A stretch of 64,000 nt of DNA from the human T2T-CHM13v2.0 reference genome, Homo sapiens: assembly GCF_009914755.1 (NCBI RefSeq), contig NC_060937.1, one strand, 5' to 3'. The position numbers and the translations under genes are program-made. Positions within the stretch are counted from its first letter, which is position 1. Each line of letters opens with the position of its first letter. Shown here piece after piece: positions 45,805 to 64,000 of the stretch. The notes under the pieces are model-generated. The model was not told the origin of the DNA. It worked only from the letters and a program-made list of their open reading frames with translations, and made no database searches.

Positions 45805-46186
45805 ACCACAATTATGTTGTCTAGCAAACCACCCAAAACTGTGGTGTAGAGTAATGAGTATTTCTGGCTGACACATCTAAAAGTCAATTGAGGTTTGGCT
45901 GACCCAGCTTGGCTTTGGGAGGGCTTGGCACCAAATGTCTCTCATCCTCCTTGGACTACTTGCTGCACAAGACATGCTCTTCTCGTGGTGAAAGGCAGGA
46001 GTTCAAGAGAGCAAGCCCAGTTATGCAAGCTCAGTTCAAGCCTCTGCTCAGGTCATGGTCACTAGCATCCTATTAGCCAAAGCAAGGCATATGGGCAAGA
46101 CTAAATTCCAGGGGTTAGGGAATATACTTTTCTCATCAAAGAGGGGGATAAAGGTGAATATTTGCAGAACAATTCTAATCTACCAT
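45805..46186 (-). mobile_element. Old MLT1-type LTR
   Basis: GCAAACCACCCAAAAC...CATCCTATTAGCCAAAGCAAG...AATTCTAATCTACCA. Confidence 0.6.
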
Positions 46187-49100
46187 ACTACCTGAATTTA
46201 AAAATGGAATTTTTGTTTTTACAAAAATATTATTCAGTATGTTGTCAAAGGGCTGCACTAGTACAAATAGTTGATTCAACACAATTTCACAAATATTCAT
46301 TGAATGTTTTTTATTTGTTGGGCACTATGTTAATTATCCAAAATTTAGGAATGGATAAGACATAGTCTCTGCCTTCAAGAATCTCACAGAAGGAACTGTA
46401 AACAAAATTTGATGTGATGAATGCAACAAAAGCCTTTACAATTCTCTGAGGTTGGTGTTGTGGCCATTTTACACAGAAGAAACTGATACTCAGAAAGATT
46501 AAATGATTTGTCCAATATTATACAACAGATAAAACTGAAATTCAAATTTCAGTTCAAATTTGGGAGTGGGAACTAAAACCTTAAACTCTTCCTATCATTC
46601 CACATAACCTTCCCCTGAAAGTGAGCACAGAGGTGATCCAGTCTAATACCTCACTTGATACTGGGCTCTTGGTATCTGTAAGGTGACATAATGCCAACAT
46701 CTTGGTCAATTGACCCCAGGATAACAGATTTAGAATGAATTACATATGCTTTCCCCTGCTCCATAATTCTACTCTTCTTACTTTGGTTAGATTTACTTAG
46801 AGTGCCCATCAAACTAATCTTGATAATAATATTAAGCAGTAAGTCAGATTTGCATACCTCTTTTGGGCTAAGAGAGATCTTAGATGCTGGAGGATGCTTT
46901 AGTCAGGCTGCATATTTTTAAAATATGTGAGTCACAGGCAATAACTCTTTAGTGGATAGAACTTTTGTTAATATAAACGATTCTGATGACAAAGGTATAA
47001 ACTGAACAGACCATTTTGTCCTTCATTTCTGAGAAGTAAAATGTCTGTGGTCAGTAATCAGGTATCCTGAGGGCTAGTGTGTAAGTATAATTATGACTTT
47101 CAGCTCTATTAGCCACTGTGAAGCTATTACTGTAATGTTTTATTTTAATATTTTCTTAATGTGTATCATAACAGTTTCAATATAAAATGGCTCTTCATAT
47201 TTGTGCAGAAGAATTTTCATGAGTTTGAAGAATATTCGCCATAACCCTATTGAGGCAAATTATAGGTACCATATTATTGTTTCCATGTTAAGAAAGAGAA
47301 ACTGGAGAGAGAAAGAAAATATGCGCTTAACTTTGGTAAAGTACCAAGTCACTGGAAAAGTCAAAGATAGGACTGGAGTCTAGTTATTACTAGCCTGGAT
47401 AGTAGACTTTTGATTCTTGAAACAAAACTTTTAGGGAAGTATTAAGGGCACAAAAATAAACTCAACCTCTAAGGCTTAATTTTGTGTGGCTTGTCAGAAA
47501 AAGATTGAATCATCACATTTAATGCTGGGGCAAGAAACCAGGATAATTATGAATATTAGAAAGGGCTCAGAAGCTTGTTGAATCACAATATTTCTGTGCC
47601 ATCATTTTATACTGAAGGATATTTATGTTCCGTTTATTTTTTGCAGTGAGTTTCACGTTGGTTGTTTGGGGTTGATTTCAGTACGCTCCAGTTATGGTTA
47701 GGGCAATACTAAATGACAGTGTTTTGTTACTTGAGTTCTCCCTCTTCTTTCACAACTCCCAAGCTTGTCAGTACTTGAAGGATTGCTTCCATGGACGCTC
47801 AGTATTGAAAGTGTGTCTCAGTATTGAGAGTTTCTTTCTCAAATAATCCCAGTCAAAGCTGCATACCTTGCTTCCCTTTCCTGAGGCCTGAGCACTGGAA
47901 CGGGGCTGGACTGGGCCCATTCTTCAGGTAGCTTGCAATATTAAATGTGTTAGAAAATACTTTCAATAGACCTCCACAGAATCAGGAAAATAATGACAAG
48001 AAAAATACATACATCATTCCTAATTTTAGGTCTAGATACTCAGAGAATAACTGCCTTATTTAAAGTGGGCAAATACCCTTAGAGAGCTTTAGGGGCTGTT
48101 TCCACCTGTGTGCTTCTGAGGCAGAAACAGATTCTCAGATGTTTATCTTCTGAAAGGAAATTTGTTTACACAAAAGGGAGGTGAGGAGATGGCATGATAT
48201 TTTAGAATGACTTGTCTATGAACCTATATGAGCAGACCACGGGCATAAGAAACTAGATCTATTGGAAATTAATATACTTTCTTTTTAATTTTTTTGTCTT
48301 ATTTCTAAAGAGACAAATGGATGGAAAAACTTTTTGGCCCTCTTCCTTAGGATCAGAAGGTAAGCATCTTCTCATCATGGGATGGATTATTTGGAAACAA
48401 GTCCATTAAAGAGAGCAATTTGAGATGGGAATACTCAACCTATTTTCATGCCAATAATGGATCCTTCCTCATTGCTGTGTTTAAAAATTTCCTCAGCCTG
48501 CTTGGAAGGGCTGGAATTTATCAATTTAAGCATTTCCGTGACATCAGTTTTGTATTTCTCCATCTGAATTTCACAAATGCTTTTAGCTAGAAGGTATTTT
48601 TTCAGAATATTTAAAAAAAGGTCAGAATAGCAAAAGTTTACAAGATCATTTTCTGTTTTTTTTTTCCTTTTGGTAAAATGAAACTGCTTCAATAGTCAAT
48701 TGCCAAATGATCTATTCTAATTAAATAATTGTTTTCTTAATTATTTCCATGGCTTGCAGGGTTATGGTTTTTTAAAAAATTAAGTCCTATAGAAAACTCA
48801 TGTAACTTGCACTGAAATTTTTTGCAAATCATTCCTTTCTCCTTTAAAAATCCTTTCATGTTTCTCTCCTGTAGAGATTGAATTACTTGTGTATCCTTTT
48901 TGTTTTAAGGCAGACTGTTCAATTTCTTTCAGTTTGTTGATTCAGTCATCACTTCTATTATAAGTATAATTCAACTAAACTTATTATTACGGGTTTTTTT
49001 TTTTATTCTTTCCTCTCTTTATTTTGGGAAATTGAATCAATATGCTAATGAATTTCTTTTCTGTGAGGGAGCCTTATTGTTCCTGTAATGAAGGTTCCTA

Positions 49101-50004
49101 TTTATTTGGACATCTCTAGATACAATTTAATTGTTTTTTTGGTGGTTGAACTTTTTTCCTTTGGATAAACACCTATTCTGTGCCTTTCCCTTTCTGTACT
49201 TTTCTTTTTTCATGGTTCAGATGGTATTGTTCAACTATCTTAAGGAGAATTCAAACATTGCTCAGGTGAGATTCAGGTTTTTTGGTCCCATAATAGGGAA
49301 AGCAAAAATGATTATTAGATGAAGTGCATGCAAATGAAAACCAGAAGTTGAGATGGATGGAGCTGATTTTATTTCTAAGCGACTTCAGAATGCCAGTATC
49401 AGGGCTAGAACCCAAATGTATTCCCTCTGATTTCAGATCCTAGATTTGTTTATTGGCTGTGTTGTCTCACTGGTCCATTGGCCAGGTTTGTTTTCTTCTG
49501 AGGGAGAACAGTAGCTGGAAACAAATAGAAACTAGTTTACATCTTCCAGGAAAGATTTTGCCCTGCTAACTTTAGCTCCTTCCGCAAAGTTGTTAAAAGT
49601 CTATTGGCATGCTGAAGAAAAGGCATTCAAGTTCTTCGTCATTAATGAATTAATTAATCAACACACATTACTATCCACTATGCCCTGTGGGTATACAAAG
49701 ATAAATACAAATAACACCCTCTGTTTATTAAGCAAACCCATTTCTAGGAACTTTTTTCGTATCTTCTTTCTAATTTTCACAACCATCTTTCAAGGGAAGT
49801 ATTGTTATCCCCATCCCCATTTTACAATGAGTAAACTGGTATTGAGAGAGATGAAGTGACTTGCTCAAAGTCACACAACTAGTAAATAGCTGAATTGAGA
49901 TTTTTAACTCAGGTCTGATTCCAAACTCACTTTCATAGATCCTGCTCTTTTACTTTTCCATTAATGAATAGAACTTGATCTCTGCCCTTAGAAGATTACA
50001 TGTA

Positions 50005-50280
50005 CACAAAAAAATCACATATTGGATGATTCCATTTATATGAAATGCCCAGAATATGCAAATCTATAAAGACAGAAAGTAGTGTAAGAGTTGCCTAGGG
50101 CTGGGAGTAGGGGAGTAAGGAGTGACTGCTAATGCATATAGGATTTCCTTTTGAGGTAGAAAAAATGTTCTAAAATTGTTTGTAATGATGGTTTCACAGT
50201 TTTGTGAATATACTAAAAATCATTCAATTGTGTAGTTTAAATGACTGAATTCTATGGGATTATAGCAGAATAAAGCTGTG
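50005..50280 (+). mobile_element. L1M 3' end fragment
   Basis: ATGATTCCATTTATATGAAATGCCCAGAATATGCAAATCTATAAAGACAGAAAGTAG. Confidence 0.8.
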
Positions 50281-50744
50281 CATGTATTTTTTCCCCCCAA
50301 GGTTAACAGTATAATGAGGAAGATAGATCTATGACCAGCTAACATTTCCAGGCAACATATAAACAAATATGAGCAATGCACTCTGGAAACTCAGGGGAAG
50401 GTGTAGTTGTTAATTGAGACCAGGAAACTGGGAGGTGGCTTTATGGAGCAGATGGCTTTGGAGCTGAATCTAAGAGCAAAATTAGAATGTTGGTAGGCAG
50501 AGAAGAGTGGAGGCTGAGAAGTCAGCATGGGCACAGTCACAGGTCCATGAGAGGACTGGGTTTTTCTGTAAGAATGGCAAGTCATCCAGCTGGAAGGCGA
50601 TGAAAGGTGAGTGAGGAACGCAGAGGGAAATGAGGTTGGAAAGCATCTGACTGGAGTGTCTTGAGTGCCATGCTAAGGAGCTAAACTTCATTCTATATAA
50701 TATGGGGGATCTTTTTCACAGGTGGGAGATACTGTTTTTTTACA

Positions 50745-51052
<308 letters not shown>

Positions 51053-51801
51053 GAGAAAGAGTACATTTTAAAACCAGATCCGAGTTTCTGTTTTTCTACA
51101 TCAGAGATCAGAGATCTATTTTCAGCAAACCAACACCACCCATTAAATGAATGTTGCAAATTTGAGTTTTCCTAATTTTGTTTTAGTGTGTTTATAGTAT
51201 GTATTTGTAAATTTCTTTGGGTTTCATAATTGTGTGTTTAAAAGGTAAGGAGTTTTATATATAGCTTATGCTTTTACCAAAGTAAAATAGTATGAATACA
51301 GATTTTTTTAAAAAAACTTCTCTTTAAAGTGAGTTCAAAATTTGCTTAAATGGGAAATATTTGTCTAGGAGATAGGATATTAATCAAAGTCTCTTCCAAA
51401 CTTGACCTGGTGAGCCCCAGTCTACAGTAGGGGCACTCTAGGTATCTTATTCTGCAGATCTGAGAATCTGCACCAAAAAATCTCAGCACTAATGCACATT
51501 ACAGTAGAGGTTTTATATAACAATTAAATAAGGATTTTATAGTTTGTTAATATAGACATAGAAGTAGGAAAATAGGACCTATTAAGAAATGAAAGTTTAA
51601 ATAGTTGAACCTTGTGAAGCAATCACTGGGCATGATCTTCATGTTCATGTAGGATAGAATCTTTGCTGTGGGTTTCATTTGATAAATTAAAACGTTTTTT
51701 ACGTTACATAATGTTGCTCTGGTTACTGCTATAGGTAGTATAGGGAATAATGGCCACAACAACCAGCAGCTTTTCTTCCATGTGCACTCACTTGATTTAA
51801 C

Positions 51802-52095
51802 TTTTTTTTTTTTTTAGACGGAGTCTTGCTTTGTCGCCCAGGCTGGAGTGCAGTGGCGTGATCTTGGCGCACTGCCACCTCCGTCTCTCGGGTTCAAGCG
51901 ATTTTCCTGTTTCGGTATCCTGAGTAGCTGGGACTACAGGCGCATGCCACCATACTCGGCTAGTTTTTGTGTTTTTAGTAGAGACGGGGTTTCATCATAT
52001 TGGTCAGGCTGGTCTGGAACTCCTGACCTCAGGTGATCCACCAGCCTCAGCCTCCCAAAGTGCTGGGATTATAGGCGTGAGCCACCACACCCAGC
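51802..52095 (-). mobile_element. AluS
   Basis: Full Alu, TSD TGATTTAA. Confidence 0.93.
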
Positions 52096-53389
52096 TGATT
52101 TAAGATTTTAACAGACTTATTTGACAGAAACAAATTGGAGCTGTTGGCTGACCGTTTAACCCTCTGCTCTCCCCGCTGCAAAAAATCCACAAGAGCTTCA
52201 TTATATTTTAGCTAACAGGTATTGGGCAGTAGTACTTCTTTTTTTTTTTTTCATTCCTTTGTTTCAAAGAGATAACAGTTGACATACCCTTGAATACAAG
52301 CTCAGAGTTCATTTTCTGGTGAAAAAGGAATTTTGAAAGAGAAAATTTAAAAAACTCATACAAGTTGGTTTTTTTTTTCCATTTCCTTCTATATTTTAAC
52401 TCTACAAACTGTAGTATCACAACAAGGGTGCAAAAAGCAGAGTTGGCATATTTGGTCAAATAAGACTTCATTTGAATTTTTAATATCTAGAAAATGATAT
52501 TTTTTAAATTTCTTAAAATTTAAATTAAAATAGTTTTTAAAATTCAAGTGTTATATGTCCCCTATTATTAACATTTAAATTAAAAGATTATTACAAATTC
52601 AATAAAGAAGGAGGCAAAAAAAAGTGAGGGAGAGACATTTTATAATTACTTCAGTTTTTTTAAAAAATCAAGTTTGTACTCGTTCCAATTGTTTTGATAT
52701 ATTTGACTTTCTTTTTGTTATTCTTCACCTCCCTCATTATCTTTCCCCCTTTCTCTCCTTTATTTCTCTTCTCTATTTACCATTTTCTTTTTTATTGCCT
52801 ACTCTCCACTCCCTTTTCTCCCTTCTTCTCTAACTGGACCATACTTGGGACTAAAGAAAAATTTATAGAATTATGTTTATTGAGGATGATTTAATGTAAT
52901 TTATTATTCATTTAAATTGTGAGCAATTAAACTTTTAATATTTTTTTCTTTTTATGAGGATGATGGAGCTGAGTATGAGGGGTGGTAGATTCAGGTGTGA
53001 ATAGTATATGCATACACTTACTCTAATCTGCTTTATCTAAGAAAATAAAGTTTGAAGTTATTAATACTGTACCTGTACCTGCATCTTTTCTTTTCTTTTT
53101 TTTTTTTTTTGTCGCCTCCTTCCCTATTTTGGTCCTGGCATGTGGTGCTGATCTGTAGTTGAGATTATATGAACCTAGTATAAATTCTACTTGAATATTT
53201 ATACTGATCAATGTCTCTAACTCCAATTTTAAAAGCAAAATTAGCATGCATGATTTGGCCTAAATTCTCCTGCCATTGGTGAAATAATCAGGAATTGAGA
53301 GAAATGTGTGTGAGCACTCCTTCCTAAGATTTCAGCAATACTGTTGAGAAGCAGAAGCTCTTCAATCTCCTAGAATGATAAGAACCTTC

Positions 53390-53806
53390 TCTCTTAGTCC
53401 CTTTTGCATTGCTATAAAGGAGTACCTCAGGTTGGGTAATATATAAAGAAAAGAGATTTATTCGGCTCACAGTTCTGCAGGCTGTATAAGAAGGTTGCCA
53501 CCAGCATCTGCTTCTGGCAAGGAACCTCAGGAAGCTTCCACTTAAGGCAGAAAGTGAAGGGGAGCAGGTATCACATGGCGAGAGGAGGGAAGCAAGAGAA
53601 AAGAAGAGGTGCTAGGCTCTTTTTAACAATCAGTTCTCGCATGAACTAATAGAGCGAGAACTCACTCATTACCAAGAGGATGGCAGCAAGTCATTCATAA
53701 GGGATCTGCCCCGAGGACCCAAATGCCTCCTACCAGGCACCACCTCCACCACTGGGGATCAAACTTTGACATGAGATTTGGAGGGAACAAATATTCAGGG
53801 TATATC
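53390..53806 (-). mobile_element. MSTB-like MaLR solo LTR
   Basis: GGCTCACAGTTCTGCAGGCTGTATAAGAAG...CATGAGATTTGGAGGGAACAAATATTCA. Confidence 0.8.
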
Positions 53807-54224
53807 ACCTTACTTTTCCTTCCAGTACTCACAGTTTGACTCTTCCTCTCTTTTTGATCATTTGAAACATCAAATTGTTTTACCAACACATTCATGTTAA
53901 TACTCTTGCCCATAAAGGAAGTGGAATTATTATTTCTGCTTGTTGAGACTAAAGAACAGGTAGTGAAACTATTCTTGTGGTCACTGAGCAAATCAAGCCA
54001 GGAATGGCCCTAAGCTGCACTCTAGAACTTTTGACCACTAGCTGTTCAAAGGAGGAAAAAGGAGTATATGTGATTCGTCTTCTAGTGAATTCTCTGAGTG
54101 AAACATTCTAATGCTTTTGCCCATGCTAGTCACATACTTATAAGTATGAGGCTATATCTGAGACTTTTCCAGGGGCATTTATTCTGGAAGAGGGAGCTAG
54201 ATTTTGTTATAAAAATATAACAAA

Positions 54225-54512
<288 letters not shown>

Positions 54513-54950
54513 TATATATATATGTATATATATAATGAAAAGCATTATAGATAGAGAACTGATTCAAAATAATCATTTTACTAATGGGTGAGTTAAAGTG
54601 ATTAAAGACATTGTGAGATTGTGTATAGGTTTGGAGGAATGTTCTTGAAATCTGTGAAGCTAGAAATTTTTTGTTAAGAAATTTATTTTAGAAAAGCTTA
54701 TTTATGACAGTGGAAAAGTCAGAGTTCAGATAATCAGACAGCATTATTGATAGCTTTGCTTTATAAAAGTGAATGGAAGAAAGGATGTCAAGACAGTCAT
54801 AGACTATCTATAGACTTCTATATGTCAAGATAGAAGAAAGAATGTCAAGGTAGCAGTCTCTCATTGAGCCATCCTCCACTTTCTGCTACAACATTGATAG
54901 AACAGAATTGATTTTTAAAAAATACCAGCCACTAATAAGACAGTTTGCTA

Positions 54951-56145
<1,195 letters not shown>

Positions 56146-56610
56146 AATGGTTAATTGTAAAATGGTTAATTATAAAAGAAAGTAAAAATTTATTTATCTC
56201 CCAAGATCAGACTCAAAGATTCAGGGCCTATGACTAGAAAATTAAACTAGACTAGATTCAGGGCCTATGACTAGAAAATTAAAATGCTCTGATTTTCTGG
56301 TTCAACCAGAATATCCCCACACCAACTATCTTACTTAAGTAAACTGGGTGGTTTTTTGGGGATTAAAATCCTGTGGAATCTAATTTTTTAGGAAGAGTGT
56401 GTCAGTTCTCAGGACAATACTAATTATGAGTTTCTGATCCTCATCCTACTGACCCTCCTTCAAAAGGCCTTGGTTACATTTTTTTTCCTCTTCCTACCTT
56501 CTATAAACTGACTTACTCTCGTGTATGCTCAGCCTAAAACTCTAAAAAAGGGAACTCAATTTGAGCTAGGTGCCCACCTTTGTTTCGTTTAATTAAGAGA
56601 GAAGAGGTAC

Positions 56611-57060
56611 TGTGATGGTTAATACTGTCAACTTGATTGGATTGAAGGATGCAAAATATTGTTCCTGGGTGTGTCTGTGAGGGTATTGCCAAAAGAGATT
56701 AACATTTGAGTCAGTGAACTAGGAGAGGTAGACCCACCCTCAATCTGGGTGGGCACCACCTAATCAGCTGCCAGCGAGGCCAGGATAAAAGCAGCAGAGG
56801 AACGTGGAAAGACTAGATTGATTTAGTCTTCTGGCCTACATCTTTCTCCTGTGCTGGATGCTGCCTGCCCTCAAACATCAGATTCCAAGTTCTTCAGCTT
56901 TGAGACTCTTGGGCCTTCCACCACAGACTGAAGGCTACGCTGTTGGCTTCCCTATTTTTGAGATTTTGGGACTCAGACTAGCTTCCTTGCTCCTCAGCTT
57001 GCACATGGCCTATTGTGGGACTTCACCTTGTGATCATGTGCATCAATACTCCTTGATAAA

Positions 57061-57115
<55 letters not shown>

Positions 57116-57153
57116 TATTAGTTCTATCTCTCTAGAGAACCCTGACTAATAAA
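56611..57153 (+). mobile_element. MLT2A (HERVL) solo LTR with (TA)n
   Basis: TGTGATGGTTAATACTGTCAACTTGATTGGATTGAAGG...GAACCCTGACTAATA, perfect 5-bp TSD GGTAC. Confidence 0.9.
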
Positions 57154-57701
57154 GGTACTATGATACAATAGAGCTACAGGGGTTGAGAATGAGAGATCAA
57201 ATATGAAGAAGGGGTATGGACCCTGCAGATACTCCAAAATGTGTCTACTTCAGGATTGTATTTTTTCAATATTCTACTAATTAAAGTTAGAGACAGGGTA
57301 CCAGTCGTTTATAAAAAGAATCTATCTAAATTTAGAAGAGTTATAATAATTTAGGGCCTATGGGAACTGGAATTCGAGCTAGGTAAAAGCTGTGTGCTCA
57401 AGTATGTTCTGCAGCTGTAGACATAAAAGGGAACCTTAAACTGCTGATGTAGAGTGAATAGTCCTACTTCTGACTGCATGACTGAGAAATTTCCAGAATT
57501 GATGAAAGCCATGAATCCTCAGACTGGGGAAACACAATGGATCCCATGCTAAAAAATATACCAGATAACATTATAGTGAGACTACAGAACACGAAAGATA
57601 AAGATTTTTAAAACCAACTAGAGAAAAAAGTTGAAATATATAAATCAACATTAAAAAATAACTTAAAGATGTATGTGTTTGGAAATTTAACTGTAAATTC
57701 A

Positions 57702-60330
<2,629 letters not shown>

Positions 60331-60343
60331 ATCTATGCTTTTT

Positions 60344-60487
60344 GCCAGGTGCAGTGGCTCATGCCTATAATCCCAGCACTTTGGGAAGCTGAGGCAGGGA
60401 GATAACTTGAGGCCAGGAGTTTGAGACCAGCCTGGGCAACATAGCAAGACACCTTCTCTACAAAAATAATACAATAAATAAACAAAT
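60344..60487 (+). mobile_element. FLAM / Alu left monomer
   Basis: Single monomer with A-rich tail, TSD CTATGCTTTTT. Confidence 0.85.
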
Positions 60488-60594
60488 ACCTCTATGCTTT
60501 TTCTATTTATTTTTTATTAATGATCATACTAAATTACACATTTTGGAAACTTGACAATTACTACAAGAAATTTGGAAAAAAGACATGTCTTTAA

Positions 60595-60908
<314 letters not shown>

Positions 60909-60919
60909 CTTAAATTAAT

Positions 60920-61585
60920 TTCTTTAATATAATTTTGATGTGTATTCTTTTACCCTTTGATTCTTCAAAGGATAAACTTTTTCACAACTCATTATAGGAA
61001 TAGTTAGATACATTTTTAGGATTTTTGTCAAATTTGGGAAAACCTTGACCAAATTAGTTTCATATATGATTTGTAAGATTTGGAAGAATTTTCTAAAGGA
61101 CTAGCCTCTAGTTCCAAGCATTTCATATTGTTTTTCTTTGCTACTTGTGTATTTCCAGTGGCAAGTGCAATGTTCATATCACTGTATGTCCTCTGGCCAT
61201 GCATTATTTTGTCACAATTCTGAGTGATTGGTGTGGTGAGCGTTTTACGAACATTTCTCCTATACCAGTGCAGCTAGCAGTAACTTAACTATACATTGGA
61301 AGTGACTATGAATTACATAAAATACCCCACTAAACCCAAACTAAATGAGTCCCCAACTCAATATCCTCTTAGAAGAACTCAAAAACCTGTTATACCTAAT
61401 GTTTCTAGGAAAGTGTGATGGAGAGAAGTTGGAATAGACTTAATGGTTGTATTTAAAGCATTTTACTTTTTCAAACTTTATAACAACATATGACTTGTAA
61501 ATATATTATTGAGACAGTAGAAACAGCCTGTGCAAGTGAGAGACCCTAAAGGTTAAGTTTCATTAGCTTCATGGTAAATCTACTC
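60920..61585 (-). mobile_element. Arthur1-like hAT-Tip100 DNA transposon fragment
   Basis: GCAAGTGAGAGACCCT...CATTAGCTTCATGGTAAATC terminal motif. Confidence 0.55.
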
Positions 61586-61789
61586 AAGGGATGACTATTG
61601 TAGGGGCAAGTCTGAAATTCTTAGTAAGTCCTAGAAGGAACATTTAGCACAGATTATTGATACTTATGTTTATAATGTTAGGCACTTACAACCAGTAGTT
61701 GTCAGCTACAGGCTTAAGTACCAATTCTGGGTCAACAGAAAAAGTCACCGACTTCCTCTGTTCTTTATTTAGTGTTTTAATCTAGACCA

Positions 61790-63060
61790 CGGTCCCTTCT
61801 TACCCTGCACATTCTCCCAGGAACCTCATCTTCTCTCATCTATTTAATTGCCACCTTTAAGGTAATAATTCCCAAATCTAGCCCAATCTCTCTCCTGAAC
61901 TTTAGACATGTATGTTCCACTGTTCATTGATATTCCTGCATCAACTAGAACCTCTTGTCTTTCTTTTCAACCTGCCCTTACCTCCTGTATTGACCAAAGA
62001 AAAATCCTAAGAATTATCCATGGCTTCTTACTCTCTGACCTCACCCTACCAACTGCTGAGCACAGTGCCAGGCACATAGTAGATGTGTACTAGACTTGAG
62101 GTATTATGTTATAATGTTATAATCATATCAATAACTAAGTCCTGTTGGAGTTCATTCTAAGTATTTCTAATCCACCACTCTCCAGTCCTACTATTCTTAT
62201 CCAGGCTACCATGTTGTCTCATGTGGATGGATTATTGCAATACTCTTATCTCTACCTCCTATCTTACCCCCTTCCCTAAAATTCATTGTCCACACTGAAA
62301 CCTGAATGGTTTTTGAAAATGGAACTCTTACTTAGGACACTCTTCTGATGACTATTCTTCGAAGCCTTCATATTGTCCTGGGTATGAAGTTCTAACTCCT
62401 TTACCCCTCTTTCAAGGGCCTATACCAGGCCCAATCATACCTCTACTCTCATTTCTTACCACTTTTCTGAAATGAACTCTGTTCTGGCCACATTGAGTAT
62501 TTCAGTTCCTCAAATTGCCATGCACTCAGTTCCCAGACCCTTTCACTTCTAAATTTCGATTGAACACCAATCATAATGACTCTATCATCTAAATATTTTT
62601 TCCATGCCTCTCTCCCACTCCCACATTGCTGCCAGTCTGTTTTTCATCACTTCTTTCTCTGCAATAACCTCTTAATTGATCTCTTCTTGATCCTAGCTTG
62701 CTCCTTTCAATTCTTTCTTCACTCTGCCAGCAGAATGGCCTTTCAGAAACAAACATTTTATCTTATCTCTCCTTTCCTTAAACACATTAATGGCATGTAT
62801 CCCTACAACTTTTAGGAGAAAAATAAAACGTCTTAACACATAGAGTCCTTTGTGATTTGGTTTCTGCCCATCTAGATCTCTAGTTTCATCTTTTACCCCT
62901 CTCTCATACAGATCATTTCCCAGAATGAGGTCCTCCAGTTTTCTAAATATCATGCACTTTCGTACCTCTGGGCTATGCCACGTACAGTTTTCTTTGTGCT
63001 TTTATAGCATCCTTATCACACATTTATCTTTCCAACTAGATCACACACTTGTAGGGTTGT
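61790..63060 (+). mobile_element. L2 fragments
   Basis: AATTCCCAAATCTAGCCCAATCTCTCTCCTGAAC, ACAGTGCCAGGCACATAGTAG. Confidence 0.6.
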
Positions 63061-63667
63061 TTCTTTATATTTTTTGTGTTTTCTACAATAGTCACTTATT
63101 ATTTTTACATTTTAACAAAATAAAATAATTGTGAAGGGCGCTATCCATTGAGGAAATTGGATATCCATTGAGGGAATTTAGTTGTAGAAGAGAAAAATGT
63201 GGTGGGATGAGACAGGCAACAGGATGGGTGGTGGGTCACAATACCTGTTTTCAAACATCCAAGGGCTTTCTTGGAAGGGTTTAGATGTCCATCTGGTGTA
63301 GATTTTAGGGAAACAGATTTCCTCTTAGTGTAAGAAAGTTGAACAGAGTTGTCTGAAGAGGGAATGAGCTGCTGAGTCAATAAGAGGTGAATGAATCACT
63401 TTTGGGTTTGTTTAGTGGAAGGGCTCTCACTGATACAGGGAGATTTCTGTTGAAAGAGGGAATTCAGCCTCTTCTGGAAGGTTGGCTCAAGTGGTCTGTG
63501 AGGTCTCTTCTATTCTTTGAATTTCACCATTACAAAAATAATTTAATAGCTTTCCACCCTTATACCCTGAAAACAGATTGATTTAACACTATTTAGAGGG
63601 TTCTGGTGTGGCTAGAGGAGCACAGGCCCCTCTCAGAATTCAATGTTAGTCATATCTTTGGTAAGAA

Positions 63668-63700
63668 CTATCTATCTATCTATCTAACTATCTATCTATC
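63668..63700 (+). repeat. (TATC)n microsatellite
   Basis: Directly visible. Confidence 0.85.
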
Positions 63701-64000
63701 TTTGATAGAGCCCTTTTCCTTCTTTGTGTTGTTCATCTTTTTTTCTCATAAGTATCCCATTCCTGATGGCCAACACATGACAGAATAGTAGTAAATGAAT
63801 AACTTTCTATGTGTTAGGACACAACACCTTACTCTGTCCTATATTATGTTTCTCTTTGTGCTTGAATTATCTACCCAATTAGAATGTAAACTGTGCCTTA
63901 AATTTGTATGTTCCCCCCTGCATCTTTAAATATGGAATTATGGAATTCTTACTAAAGATTATATTTATCTGTAGTAATAATTCCATATATAAATTAAACT

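Noticed and set aside
54776-54853. Three spaced ATGTCAAG repeats, CRISPR-like at first glance
   Set aside because: Short, irregular slippage duplications in eukaryotic DNA with no constant repeat-spacer period.

Overview
Primate, almost certainly human, genomic DNA containing the complete LACC1 (FAMIN/C13orf31) gene on the + strand. Five coding exons (9900-10461, 11099-11277, 12688-12853, 17674-17899, 19031-19190) splice by GT-AG rules into 1293 nt, giving 430 aa with the YfiH/DUF152 His250-Cys284-His301 site. A 3'UTR-only last exon probably follows (~20366-22845). A CpG island (~7880-9250) holds a GC-rich compound tandem repeat and probably also drives the divergent CCDC122 gene, whose 5' exons are tentatively placed on the - strand. 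This haplotype has GTC (Val) at codon 254, the known I254V allele. The remaining ~40 kb is intergenic and rich in transposon fossils (Alu, L1, L2, MIR, MaLR/ERVL LTRs, an ERVL pol fossil, Tigger/hAT/mariner elements). The most notable unexplained structures are a ~480-bp TSD-flanked retroposed 3'UTR just past LACC1, a head-to-head pair of MLT2A LTRs, a palindromic CTCF-type site, a nested AT-rich inverted repeat, an old local duplication and a closely spaced inverted Alu pair. I found no evidence for a wholly new biological system. Repeat family names come from recognising consensus motifs by eye, not from a database search, and most repeat boundaries are approximate.
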